Position numbers and translations under genes: made by a program. 64,000 nt of DNA from an uncultured Alphaproteobacteria bacterium (GTDB taxonomy: Bacteria > Pseudomonadota > Alphaproteobacteria > CAVTAV01): contig CAWGFE010000002.1 of NCBI GenBank assembly GCA_963821875.1, positions 739,643 through 803,642 on the forward strand. Direction: 5' to 3'. Of this stretch, positions 1-9,672 are shown piece by piece (position 1 is the first letter of the stretch; each line of letters starts with the position of its first letter). Below the pieces are notes generated by a model. It was not told the DNA's origin, searched no databases, and saw only the letters and a list, made by a program, of their open reading frames with translations.

Positions 1-400
1 CCAGGGCCACAAGGTCACCTATCCGCTGATCGGCGATCCCGAGCTGAAGGTCGCCAAGCTGTATGACATGCTGCCGGCGGAAGAAGGGGACTCGTCGGAA
101 GGCCGCACGGCGGCGGACAATGCGACGGTCCGCTCGGTCTTCATCATCGGGCCGGACAAGAAGATCAAGGCGAGCCTCACCTATCCGATGAGCTCGGGCC
201 GCAATTTCGACGAGGTGCTGCGGCTCCTGGATTCCATGCAGCTCACGGCGAAGTTCCAGGTCGCCACGCCGGTCAACTGGAAGAACGGCCAGGACGTCAT
301 CATCGCGCCGTCGGTGTCGGACGAGGAAGCCAAGACCAAATTTCCGTCCGGTTGGCGCTCGCCCAAGCCCTATATCCGGCTCACCAAACAGCCGAGCTAA
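1..400 (+). CDS. peroxiredoxin (Prx6/1-Cys-like, AhpC/TSA family); 5' end lies outside the window
   Basis: Frame from position 2 translates as ...HKVTYPLIGDPELKVAKLYDMLP...VRSVFIIGPDKKIKASLTYPMSSGRNFDEVLRLLDSMQL, the typical C-terminal part of Prx6-type peroxiredoxins. Stop at 398-400. Confidence 0.85.
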   Translation, partial: QGHKVTYPLIGDPELKVAKLYDMLPAEEGDSSEGRTAADNATVRSVFIIGPDKKIKASLTYPMSSGRNFDEVLRLLDSMQLTAKFQVATPVNWKNGQDVIIAPSVSDEEAKTKFPSGWRSPKPYIRLTKQPS

Positions 401-518
401 GGCCGGGAGCAAGAGGTCCGTTCGGACTGAGCCCGTCGAAGCCCGTCTTGCTCAGGCCTGAGCGTGAACGACATGGATCCCGGCTCTTCGGCCGGGACGG
501 CGACGGGTGGCGGCGTAT

Positions 519-2574
519 CTACGTCGCCCGTTCCTCCACCAGCTTGATGATGTCGCTCATGATCTCGTCGAGCTGGTAGTCCTTCGGCGTATAGACGCCG
601 GCGACGCCCAGGGATTTGAGTTTGGCTTCGTCCTCGACCGGGATGATGCCGCCGGCGACGACCGGAACGTCGTCGAGGCCGGCCTTATGCAGGCGTGTCG
701 TCACGTCGCCGATCAGGCCCACATGGCTGCCCGACAGGATCGACAGGCCGATGACATGCACCTTTTCTTCCAGCGCCGCGTTGACGATCTGGGCCGGCGT
801 CAGGCGGATGCCGTCATAGACGACGTCCATGCCGCAATCCCGGGCCCTCACGGCGATCTGTTCCGCGCCGTTCGAATGGCCGTCGAGCCCTGGTTTGCCG
901 ATCAGGATCTTCAAACGCCGTCCGAGTTTTTCAGAGAGCGCGTCGACGCGCTCGCGAAGCGCCGTGATGTCGGTGACGCCCGCCGCGCTGGCTGCCCCCG
1001 ACGCCCCGCCGATCCCGGTGGGCGCGCGATATTCGCCGAAGACGTCCCGCAGCACACCGGCCCATTCGCCGGTGGTCACGCCCGCCTCCGCCGCCTCGAT
1101 CGATGCCGGCATGATGTTGCGGCCTTCTGATGCCGCCGCTTTGAGCGCCGCCAGCGCCGTCTCGACGGCCTCCGGATCGCGCGCCGCGCGCCAGATCTTC
1201 AGGCTGTCGATCTGGTTGGTTTCGGCGGTCTCGTCGACGGTCAGAAACTGCTCGTTGATGCCGGTGGTGAGCGGCGAGAGCTCGGTTTCGGTGAAGGCAT
1301 TGACGCCGACCACGGTCTGTTCGCCGGATTCGACGGCCGCCAGCCGGGCGGCGTTGGCGGCGACGAGCCGCTCCTTCATATAGCTCGAGTTCGATCGCCG
1401 CAACCGCGCCGCCCATCGCCTCGATCCGCTCCAGCTCCGCGCGGGTCTCGGCTTTGAGCTGTTCTACCTTTTCCGCAATCACGGCCGAGCCGGCGAAGAT
1501 GTCGTCATAGTCCAGCAGGTCCGTCTCGTGGGCGACGATCTGCTGAAGCCGCAGGCTCCATTGCTGGTCCCATGGACGCGGCAGGCCGAGCGCCTCGTTC
1601 CAGGCGGGAAGCTGCACCGAGCGGGCGCGGGCGTCTTTCGAGAGCACCACCGCCAGCATTTCCAGGAGAATCCGGTAGACATTGTTCTCCGGTTGCTGCT
1701 CGGTGAGGCCGAGACTGTTCACCTGAACGCCGTAGCGGAACCGGCGATATTTCGGATCCGTAATGCCGTAGCGCTCGCCGGTGATCTCGTCCCACAGCTC
1801 GACGAAGGCGCGCATCTTGCACATCTCGGTGATGAATTTGAGCCCGGCATTCACGAAGAAGCTGATCCGGCCGACGACCTTCGGAAAATCTTCTGCGCCG
1901 ACCTGACCGGAGTCGCGCACGGCGTCCAGCACGGCGATCGCCGTCGTCAGCGAGAAGGCAAGCTCCTGCACCGGAGTCGCGCCTGCTTCCTGCAAGTGAT
2001 AGGAACAGACATTCATCGGATTCCATTTCGGAATCTCGCTATAGGTGTAGGACGCGATATCGGTGATGAGCCGCAGGCTCGGGCCGGGCGGAAAGATATA
2101 GGTCCCCCGGCTCAGATATTCCTTCATGATGTCGTTCTGCACCGTACCGGAAAGCGCCGAGGGCGAGACGCCCTGTTCCTTGGCGAGCGCGACATAAAGT
2201 GCGAGCAGCCAGGCGGCGGTCGCATTGATCGTCATGGAGGTGTTCATGCGATCCAGGGGAATGCCGTCGAACAGCGCCCGCATATCGCCGAGATGGCAGA
2301 TCGGCACGCCGACCTTGCCGACCTCGCCGCGCGCCAGCTCGTGGTCGCTGTCATAGCCGGTCTGGGTCGGAAGATCGAAGGCGACCGAGAGGCCGGTCTG
2401 GCCTTTTTCCAGATTCATCCGGTAGAGCGCGTTGGACGCGGCGGCGGAGGAGTGGCCCGAATAGGTGCGGATCAGCCACGGGCGATCCCGCTCGCGCCCG
2501 GCTTTCGTTCCCGCCTTGTCGCCGCCGTTTTGCACTTGCGTAATCGCTCCCGCGCGGCTGACGATGCGCCGCAC
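519..2574 (-). CDS. ecm: methylmalonyl-CoA mutase family, single-chain B12-dependent acyl-CoA mutase, most likely ethylmalonyl-CoA mutase; reading frame broken by an apparent 1-nt indel around 1383-1392
   Basis: ORF 931..2574 carries the catalytic TIM-barrel part (RDRPWLIRTYSGHSSAAASNALYRMNLEKGQTGLSVAFDLPTQTGYDSDH...). ORF 519..1403 carries the linker and B12-binding domain (GLDGHSNGA, the DxHxxG motif). The two frames join between ...GGAVAAIE and SSYMKERLVAANAARL..., and the tail of the first ORF is Arg-rich out-of-frame nonsense. Divergent from ccr. Confidence 0.75.
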
Positions 2575-2859
2575 AAAAAGTCCAAGCCGACTATTTTCTA
2601 TCGAACACCAAACTTGCCGAAATATCGAGGATTATTCTCGCTTCCGCAGGCTCGGCCATTTGAGTTTGGACCTGCAATCACACTATCCTGTAAAATGGTG
2701 CAGCGCAAAAATACTTGCTACGAGGATCGGAACTGAGCAGTCGATCCGTTCCAGGTCGCCTGTTCAGGGGTGGCGCGAGATCCACCAAAGCCTGACGAAC
2801 TTCTGCCGAACCGCTTGGCCAAATGACCGGTCGCGGCACGGAAGGATAGGGGCAGCGAC

Positions 2860-4164
2860 ATGGTGAAATCGGCCGATGCGAAACGTGATCCGGACGATGC
2901 GGCCTCCGCCGCCGCAGAGAAGGGTCTCTATGATCTCGGCGAGATCCCGCCCCTTGGCTATGTGCCGAAATCCATGCATGCCTGGGCAATCCGCCGCGAG
3001 CGCCACGGCCCGCCCGAACAGGCCATGCAGCTCGAAGTCGTGCCCACGCCGGCGATCGACTCGGACGAGGTGCTGGTGCTCGTGATGGCGGCGGGCGTCA
3101 ATTACAACGGTGTCTGGGCGGGCCTGGGCATTCCTGTTTCCCCCTTCGATATTCACAAGGCCGACTATCATATCGCCGGCTCCGACGCCTCGGGCATCGT
3201 CTGGGCGGTCGGCCGCCGGGTCAAACGCTGGAAGGTCGGCGACGAGGTCGTGGTCCATTGCAATCAGGACGACGGCGACGACGAGGAATGCAATGGCGGC
3301 GATCCGATGAATTCGCCGTCCCAGCGGATCTGGGGTTATGAAACGCCGGATGGATCCTTCGCCCAGTTTGCCCGCGTCCAGTCGCGCCAGCTCATGCCGC
3401 GCCCGAAACACCTCACCTGGGAAGAAAGCGCCTGTTACACCCTGACGCTGGCGACCGCCTACCGCATGCTGTTCGGCCATCGCCCGCATATCCTGCGTCC
3501 CGGCGATCACGTCCTGGTCTGGGGCGCGTCCGGAGGTCTGGGCTCGATGGCGATACAGCTCTGCGCGACCGCCGGCGCCCATGCGATCGGCGTGATCTCG
3601 GACGAGTCGAAACGCGATTATGTCCTCTCGCTCGGCGCCAAGGGCGTGATCAACCGCAAGAATTTCGATTGCTGGGGCCAGCTGCCGCCGGTCGGCGACG
3701 CCAAAGGCTATGCGGACTACATGAAAAGATGCCGCGAATTCGGCAAGGCGATCTGGGCGATCACGGGCAAGGGCAACGATGTGGATTTCGTCTTCGAGCA
3801 TCCCGGCGAGCAGACCTTCCCGGTCTCCTGTTTCGTCGTGAAACGCGGCGGCATGGTGGTGATCTGCGCCGGGACGACCGGCTATAATCTCACGCTCGAC
3901 GCGCGGTTTCTCTGGATGCGGCAGAAGCGGGTGCAGGGCAGCCATTTCGCCAATCTCAAACAGGCCAGCGAGGCGAACCGGCTGGTCATCGAGCGGCGCA
4001 TCGATCCGCGCATGTCGGAAGTCTTCGCCTGGGAGGATATTCCCCGCGCCCACACCATGATGTGGAAGAATCAGCACAAGCCCGGCAATATGGCGGTGCT
4101 CGTCTCCGCCAAATATCCAGGGCTTCGCACCCTTGAGGATGTGATCGCCGCAAACGGCCAATAG
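2860..4164 (+). CDS. ccr: crotonyl-CoA carboxylase/reductase
   Basis: 434 aa with near-colinear identity to characterised Ccr: WAIRRERHG, VLVLVMAAGVNYNGVWAGLG, HCNQDDGDDEECNGGDPM, GASGGLGS Rossmann motif. Length is typical of Ccr. Confidence 0.9.
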   Translation: MVKSADAKRDPDDAASAAAEKGLYDLGEIPPLGYVPKSMHAWAIRRERHGPPEQAMQLEVVPTPAIDSDEVLVLVMAAGVNYNGVWAGLGIPVSPFDIHKADYHIAGSDASGIVWAVGRRVKRWKVGDEVVVHCNQDDGDDEECNGGDPMNSPSQRIWGYETPDGSFAQFARVQSRQLMPRPKHLTWEESACYTLTLATAYRMLFGHRPHILRPGDHVLVWGASGGLGSMAIQLCATAGAHAIGVISDESKRDYVLSLGAKGVINRKNFDCWGQLPPVGDAKGYADYMKRCREFGKAIWAITGKGNDVDFVFEHPGEQTFPVSCFVVKRGGMVVICAGTTGYNLTLDARFLWMRQKRVQGSHFANLKQASEANRLVIERRIDPRMSEVFAWEDIPRAHTMMWKNQHKPGNMAVLVSAKYPGLRTLEDVIAANGQ

Positions 4165-4198
4165 GCGCAATTCAACAGGATCGAGGGACCACCGGGCC

Positions 4199-5899
4199 AT
4201 GACAGCGATGCCTTCAGAAACCGGGCAAACGGCCGGGTCCGACAGCCCGATCGCCCGCGCCCGGGACGCGCTCGACAGCGCGGAGTCTTTGCTTGCCGCC
4301 GCGAAGGATGGTGTCGCGGCCATGGTCGTGAGGAACGGCAAGATTGACCGTTCCCTCATGGAGGAAAATCAGTTTCCGGTTCATGGCTTCGCCTGGATGG
4401 CGACCTATGTCGAGGCGCTGCGCGAAGCTCTTGGCTGGGCCGGGCGGCTCGAGGACGAGGGCAAGTTCGGCCGCCTGGAGAAGCTCATCCTCCAAGCCGG
4501 TTTCGGCGAATATCTGGCGCAGCTCAAGGGCGGCATCCCGATGAGCCAGGGCGAAATCATCCGGCTCGAAGCCCTTGGGCTTGACGCGGAAGATCTGGCG
4601 GCTTTCGAAACGGAGACCGTCAGGTCGCTGATCGCGGAGGGCACGGGAACGACGCTGCGGGCCGAGCTTGCCGAGGTGATCGAGCACACGAATTCCAACG
4701 GGCATTTCGGCGAAGCCGGGCTCGACGACATGCTGGAGATGATCCGGGATCAGTTCCGCCGATTCGCCGACGACAAGGTCATCCCCGAGGCGCCCGGCTG
4801 GCATCATGACGACACGCTGATCCCGATGGAGATCGTCGAGGAGATGGCGGGACTCGGCGTGTTCGGCCTGACGATCCCGGAAGAGTTTGGCGGCGCGGGG
4901 CTCGGCAAGCTCGCCATGTGCGTCGTCTCGGAAGAGCTTTCGCGCGGCTATATCGGCACCGGCTCGCTCGGCACCCGCTCTGAGATCGCCGCCGAACTGA
5001 TCCTCTCCGGCGGAACACCCGGGCAGAAAGTGAAATGGCTGCCCCGGCTCGCCTCCGGCGAGATCCTGCCAACGGCGGTTTTCACAGAACCGAATACCGG
5101 CTCCGATCTCGGCTCGCTGCGCACCCGGGCGGTCAAGGATATGACCGACGAGGGCGATCCGGTCTACAAAATCTCCGGCAACAAGACCTGGATCACCCAT
5201 GGCGCGCGGAGCGACCTGATGACGCTGCTGGCGCGCACCGATCCGAAAGAGACCGGCTATCGCGGCCTCAGCATGTTCATCGCGGAAAAGCCGCGCGGCA
5301 CCGACGAGGATCCGTTTCCCGCCGAGGGCATGACCGGCGGCGAGATCGAGGTGCTCGGTTATCGCGGCATGAAGGAATACGAACTCGGCTTCGACGGCTT
5401 CGAGGTGCCGTCGGAAAATCTGCTGGGCGGCGTCGAGGGCCAGGGCTTCAAGCAGCTCATGGCGACCTTCGAGGCGGCGCGGATCCAGACGGCGGCGCGA
5501 GCGCTCGGCGTGGCGCAATGCGCACTGGAACTCGGTCTCGCCTATGCGCTGGATCGTGTGCAGTTCGGCAAGCCGATCTACGCCTTCCCCCGCGTCTCGG
5601 GCAAAATCGCTTGGATGGTCACCGAGATCATGCTCGCCCGCCAGCTCACCTATTTCGCCGCCCGGCGCAAGGATGAAGGCGAGCGCTGCGATCTCGAAGC
5701 CGGCATGGCGAAACTGCTCGCCGCGCGCGTCGCCTGGGCCGCCGCCGACAACGCGCTGCAGATCCATGGCGGCAACGGCTATGCGCTGGAATATCCGATC
5801 AGCCGTGTGCTGTGCGACGCGCGTATCCTCAATATTTTCGAAGGCGCCGCCGAGATTCAGGCGGAAGTCATCGCCCGGCGGCTGCTGGAGAGCGGCTAG
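4199..5899 (+). CDS. mcd: acyl-CoA dehydrogenase with N-terminal extension, probably (2S)-methylsuccinyl-CoA dehydrogenase
   Basis: 566 aa. ACAD middle and C-terminal domains (TEPNTGSDLGSLRTRA, QIHGGNGYALEYPISRVLCDARIL) preceded by about 170 extra N-terminal residues, as in Mcd. Sits next to ecm and ccr. Confidence 0.75.
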   Translation: MTAMPSETGQTAGSDSPIARARDALDSAESLLAAAKDGVAAMVVRNGKIDRSLMEENQFPVHGFAWMATYVEALREALGWAGRLEDEGKFGRLEKLILQAGFGEYLAQLKGGIPMSQGEIIRLEALGLDAEDLAAFETETVRSLIAEGTGTTLRAELAEVIEHTNSNGHFGEAGLDDMLEMIRDQFRRFADDKVIPEAPGWHHDDTLIPMEIVEEMAGLGVFGLTIPEEFGGAGLGKLAMCVVSEELSRGYIGTGSLGTRSEIAAELILSGGTPGQKVKWLPRLASGEILPTAVFTEPNTGSDLGSLRTRAVKDMTDEGDPVYKISGNKTWITHGARSDLMTLLARTDPKETGYRGLSMFIAEKPRGTDEDPFPAEGMTGGEIEVLGYRGMKEYELGFDGFEVPSENLLGGVEGQGFKQLMATFEAARIQTAARALGVAQCALELGLAYALDRVQFGKPIYAFPRVSGKIAWMVTEIMLARQLTYFAARRKDEGERCDLEAGMAKLLAARVAWAAADNALQIHGGNGYALEYPISRVLCDARILNIFEGAAEIQAEVIARRLLESG

Positions 5900-5907
5900 G
5901 CGGAAAC

Positions 5908-5946
5908 GAAAAAGGCCGCGTCATCGACACGGCCTTTCGTTCTTTG
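5908..5946. terminator. bidirectional rho-independent terminator between convergent mcd and the lectin gene
   Basis: GAAAAAGGCCGcgtcatcgacaCGGCCTTTcgttctttg: an 8-bp GC-rich stem with an A-tract on one side and a T-tract on the other. Confidence 0.5.
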
Positions 5947-5973
5947 CAATAGATACTCGCGACGTAGCGCTGA

Positions 5974-6708
5974 TTATTCCGTCGCGGCCTTCTTGGCGCC
6001 GGTCTTGGCGGCAGCCGATGCGTCCTTTTCCTTCTTCGCCGGGGCGGGATATTCGGCGATATACCAGATGAAGCCTTTCTTGCGGCCCCAGGCCAGCCAC
6101 CGGAAATTATAGTCCGGCGATATCGTGACGCCGAGATTGGGGCCGTCCTCGGTGCAATCCTCGCCGTGATCGTCGCGGGTCCACTGAGCGCCCCAATTGG
6201 CGTAATCGCCGACCTTGAATGTCGTGCCGTTGACCCAGTCGAGTTGCCGGGCGTCGCAGAAATACTGCAGGCCGATCCAGGCTTCCTGGGTCTGATCGAC
6301 ATACAGGTTCTTGTACAGGTTCAGCATCGTCTTCGGCGACTTGATGATCGCAAGACGGCCCTGCCGGCCTTTGTATTTATGACGCTTGGCATCGACCTCG
6401 GCGCCTTCCCAGCTGACGGTCTTGTGCGGCGTCACCAGCTGGAAGTAGCTGCCCGATGCCGGATCGTAGAACGGCGCGTAGAAGCGGCTATCCGGCGGAC
6501 CGTCGCCGAAGGCATGGGAAATGCCCTGCGGGACGTCCGAATCAGATTGCGCTGTGGCTGTCTGGATCGCGCTGAACGTCAGAACGGTCACAAAGGCGCC
6601 CGCCATGATGGGGCCGACACCCGGCACAAGTGCGCGCAGCCGGAGCGGCCGCTTCGTCTCCGCGCGGTTTTCGCGGACTCGCAGAAATCGTCTCATTCCG
6701 ATGAACAT
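5974..6708 (-). CDS. secreted C-type lectin-like domain protein (start uncertain: 6708, 6696 or 6606)
   Basis: Hydrophobic signal-like segment MAGAFVTVLTFSAIQTATAQS. The mature region has the C-type lectin signature WIGLQYFCDARQLDWVNGTTFKVGDYANWGAQWTRDDHGEDC (WIGL, W.NG, conserved Cys) and a Lys/Ala-rich C-terminal tail. Confidence 0.55.
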   Translation of the reverse strand: MFIGMRRFLRVRENRAETKRPLRLRALVPGVGPIMAGAFVTVLTFSAIQTATAQSDSDVPQGISHAFGDGPPDSRFYAPFYDPASGSYFQLVTPHKTVSWEGAEVDAKRHKYKGRQGRLAIIKSPKTMLNLYKNLYVDQTQEAWIGLQYFCDARQLDWVNGTTFKVGDYANWGAQWTRDDHGEDCTEDGPNLGVTISPDYNFRWLAWGRKKGFIWYIAEYPAPAKKEKDASAAAKTGAKKAATE

Positions 6709-6974
6709 GAAAAACAGCCCTCACGCCACAAAAGGTCACACGGCTCGTCTTGGGGTTAATTCCTACGCTGTGATGACCGGTGACCTGACTACACACACAA
6801 CCATGACATTTAATGCGTTAGGATTGTGTGAATAGTCTGCCACACCCCCACCGAAAATGCCAGAAATCCGCCATTTATGGTTAATTTCAGGTCCATCAAA
6901 GTTAACGCCTCTTCTCAATGACGCCCTGTCTGTCCTAGTGTTTGAGAACAGATCCCAGGAGGCGTTCCGGACAT

Positions 6975-7166
6975 ATGGATTTCCTGACCGTTCTAATTAT
7001 TCTCGCACTGCTCGCCGTACTCGGTGTGTTGATCACCGGCATCGTCTCGATGTTTGTGGGGGGCGAGTTCAATCGCAAATACGGCAACAAGCTGATGCAG
7101 ACGCGTGTGTTCATCCAGCTCATCGCCGTTATCCTGATCGGACTGGCATTCCTTTTCCGGCGTTAG
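6975..7166 (+). CDS. HIG1-domain (hypoxia-induced protein conserved region) small membrane protein with two transmembrane helices
   Basis: MDFLTVLIILALLAVLGVLITGIVSMFVGGEFNRKYGNKLMQTRVFIQLIAVILIGLAFLF has two TM helices and the ...GGE...R... loop typical of HIG_1_N. AGGAGG lies 12 nt upstream of the ATG at 6975. Confidence 0.6.
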   Translation: MDFLTVLIILALLAVLGVLITGIVSMFVGGEFNRKYGNKLMQTRVFIQLIAVILIGLAFLFRR

Positions 7167-7187
7167 ATCCGGCGGCGCGGGGCGGCG

Positions 7188-7751
7188 ATGGTCAAGCTCA
7201 ACAAGATCTATACCCGCACGGGAGATTCAGGCGACACCGCCCTCGTTTCCGGCAGGCGCCGGGTCAAGCATGATCTGCGGGTCGACGCCTATGGCACCGT
7301 GGACGAAGCCAATGCGGTTATCGGCCTGGCGCGGCTGGAGTCCGAGGGCGCGATAGACGCGATCCTGTTTCGTGTCCAAAACGATCTTTTCGATCTCGGT
7401 GCGGATCTGGCGAACCCGGCTGATCCGGAAGCGTCGGATAGCGCGCTGCGGATCCTGTCTGCCCAGGTCGACCGGCTGGAACGGGAGATCGACGAGATCA
7501 ACGACACTCTCTCGCCTCTGACCTCCTTCGTGCTGCCCGGCGGCACGTCTCTCGCCGCCAGGCTTCATCTCGCCCGGACCGTCGTGCGCCGGGCCGAACG
7601 GCGCATGACCGCACTGGCGGCAAGCGAAGCGGTCAATCCCGAAGCAATCAAATATGTTAACCGTCTTTCGGACCTTCTCTTTGTCATGGCGCGGCACTGC
7701 AATGACGGCGGCGCCCGGGACGTTCTCTGGGTGCCCGGCGCAAATCGTTGA
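7188..7751 (+). CDS. ATP:cob(I)alamin adenosyltransferase, PduO type
   Basis: MVKLNKIYTRTGDSGDTAL...VDAYGTVDEANAVIGLAR...FVLPGG is the hallmark N-terminus of the PduO/MMAB family. 187 aa. Confidence 0.85.
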   Translation: MVKLNKIYTRTGDSGDTALVSGRRRVKHDLRVDAYGTVDEANAVIGLARLESEGAIDAILFRVQNDLFDLGADLANPADPEASDSALRILSAQVDRLEREIDEINDTLSPLTSFVLPGGTSLAARLHLARTVVRRAERRMTALAASEAVNPEAIKYVNRLSDLLFVMARHCNDGGARDVLWVPGANR

Positions 7752-7801
7752 AACTGCTGGCGATTGGGTTTTGGGCGGGGCGTAGAGGCCGGTTGCCTTC
7801 G

Positions 7802-7830
7802 TTGACAGCTTTGTGACCATCGTTTAATCA
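7802..7830 (+). promoter_or_regulatory. sigma70-like promoter candidate upstream of etfBA (TTGACA-N17-TAATCA)
   Basis: TTGACA at 7802-7807, a 17-nt spacer, then TAATCA at 7825-7830. An inverted repeat GGATTC-N6-GAATCC follows at about 7882-7899. Confidence 0.3.
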
Positions 7831-7979
7831 TGCGGTAATTGTGCAATGCGATAAAGATGAGGCGGCCTTTAACCTAACGCCGTGGGATTCGGCAAAGAAT
7901 CCGATTTCCGCACACGCGAGGGCAGGGCCTTGGGGTCGCCTGGAGTGATGGGGAAGGAATCGTTGGAAATGGGCGCTCG

Positions 7980-8729
7980 ATGAAGATCCTCGTGCCTGTC
8001 AAACGCGTGGTCGACTACAACGTCAAGATCCGCGTCAAGCAAGACAATACGGGCGTCGACCTCGCCAATGTGAAGATGTCGATGAATCCGTTCGACGAAA
8101 TTGCCGTCGAGGAAGCGCTTCGCATCAAGGAAGCGGGCACGGCCGACGAGGTGGTCGTGGTTTCCATCGGCGTGGCGCAGGTGCAGGAAACCATCCGCAC
8201 CGGCCTCGCCATGGGGGCCGATCGCGGCATCCTGGTGAAGACCGACACCGCGCCCGAACCCCTCGCCGTCGCCAAGATCCTCAAAGCCATCGTCGACGCC
8301 GAACAGCCGGGCATCGTGCTCATGGGCAAGCAGGCGATCGACGACGATTGCAACCAGACCGGCCAGATGCTGGGCGCGCTTCTGGGCTGGCCGCAGGGCA
8401 CGTTCGCCTCGAAGGTCACCGTAGAATCCGACAAGGTCGAGGTCACGCGCGAGATCGATGGCGGTCTTGAGACGGTTTCTCTGAACCTGCCCGCGATCGT
8501 CACCACCGATCTGCGCCTGAACGAGCCGCGTTACGCGTCGCTGCCCAATATCATGAAAGCCAAGAAAAAGCCGATCGACGAGAAGACGCCAGCCGATTTC
8601 GGCGTCGATGTCGCGCCGCGCCTCGAGACGCTCAGGGTCGAGAGTCCGGAGGGCCGCAAGGCGGGCGTCAAGGTTGGCTCCGTCGCCGAGCTTGTCGACA
8701 AGCTCAAGAACGAAGCTGGTGTTATCTGA
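7980..8729 (+). CDS. etfB: electron transfer flavoprotein beta subunit
   Basis: [20 protein letters not shown]...[15 protein letters not shown]..., 249 aa, canonical EtfB. Confidence 0.9.
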   Translation: MKILVPVKRVVDYNVKIRVKQDNTGVDLANVKMSMNPFDEIAVEEALRIKEAGTADEVVVVSIGVAQVQETIRTGLAMGADRGILVKTDTAPEPLAVAKILKAIVDAEQPGIVLMGKQAIDDDCNQTGQMLGALLGWPQGTFASKVTVESDKVEVTREIDGGLETVSLNLPAIVTTDLRLNEPRYASLPNIMKAKKKPIDEKTPADFGVDVAPRLETLRVESPEGRKAGVKVGSVAELVDKLKNEAGVI

Positions 8730-8745
8730 GGGCCGGAACAGAGTC

Positions 8746-9672
8746 ATGACAAGTCTCGTCATCGCCGAACATGACAACGCATCGCTGAAGGATGCGACGC
8801 TCAACACGGTCACGGCCGCTCAAAAGCTCGGCACGGACGTTCATATGCTGGTCGCCGGCTCGGACTGCGGCGCGGTGGCCGAGGCGGCCGCCGGGGTCGC
8901 CGGCGTCTCGAAGGTCCTCGTCGCCGACGCGCCGGACTACGCCCATCCCCTGGCCGAGGCGATCGCGCCGCTGATCGTCACGCTGGCGGGTGATTACGAT
9001 GCGGTTCTGGCGCCGTCCACGACGACCGGCAAGAACATCATGCCGCGTGTCGCGGCCTTGCTGGACGTCGCGCAGATCTCTGACATCATCGAGGTCATCT
9101 CGCCCGATACCTTCAAGCGGCCGATCTATGCCGGCAACGCCATCGCGACGGTCAAGACCAGCGATCCCAAAAAAGTGATCACCGTGCGCGCCACGGCGTT
9201 CGACAAGGCGGGTGACGGCGGTTCGGGCGAAATCCAGGCGATCGAGGGGGCGGCCGATCCCGGCATTTCCCGCTTCGTCGGTCAGGAATTGTCGAAATCC
9301 GAGCGGCCGGAATTGACCTCGGCGCGGATCATCGTCTCGGGCGGGCGCGGCATGGGCAGCGGCGAAAATTTCGCGTTGCTTGAAAAGGTTGCGGACAAAC
9401 TCAACGCGGCGATCGGCGCCAGCCGGGCCGCCGTGGACGCCGGTTTCGTGCCCAACGACTATCAGGTCGGCCAGACCGGAAAGATCGTTGCGCCGGAGCT
9501 TTATATCGCGGTCGGAATTTCCGGTGCGATCCAGCATCTCGCCGGGATGAAGGACAGTAAAGTCATCGTAGCGATCAACAAGGACGAGGAAGCGCCTATC
9601 TTCCAGGTTGCGGATTACGGTCTGGTGGCCGATCTTTTTAAGGCGCTGCCCGAATTGGCGGATGCACTGTAA
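8746..9672 (+). CDS. etfA: electron transfer flavoprotein alpha subunit
   Basis: [29 protein letters not shown]... and C-terminal FAD-binding region ([10 protein letters not shown]..., [37 protein letters not shown]). ATG at 8746 is in frame with ORF 8608..9672. Confidence 0.9.
   Translation: MTSLVIAEHDNASLKDATLNTVTAAQKLGTDVHMLVAGSDCGAVAEAAAGVAGVSKVLVADAPDYAHPLAEAIAPLIVTLAGDYDAVLAPSTTTGKNIMPRVAALLDVAQISDIIEVISPDTFKRPIYAGNAIATVKTSDPKKVITVRATAFDKAGDGGSGEIQAIEGAADPGISRFVGQELSKSERPELTSARIIVSGGRGMGSGENFALLEKVADKLNAAIGASRAAVDAGFVPNDYQVGQTGKIVAPELYIAVGISGAIQHLAGMKDSKVIVAINKDEEAPIFQVADYGLVADLFKALPELADAL

Noticed and set aside
400-518. Hairpin CCCGGC-tcttcg-GCCGGG between convergent peroxiredoxin and mutase genes as a terminator
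   Set aside because: Short 6-bp stem with no U-tract. Not convincing enough to call.
4214-5767. Long antisense ORFs opposite real genes (for example 4214..5767 -, 1528..2736 +, 32081..33598 -, 46639..48363 +, 58132..60198 +, 51664..53376 +)
   Set aside because: Arg/Gly/Ala-rich shadow ORFs typical of high-GC DNA. Each lies opposite a gene with strong family identity.
6780-6975. FNR/FixK (TTGAT-N4-ATCAA) or CtrA (TTAA-N7-TTAA) boxes upstream of the HIG1-like gene
   Set aside because: Only half-sites with wrong spacing (for example TTAAT-N9-ATCAA).
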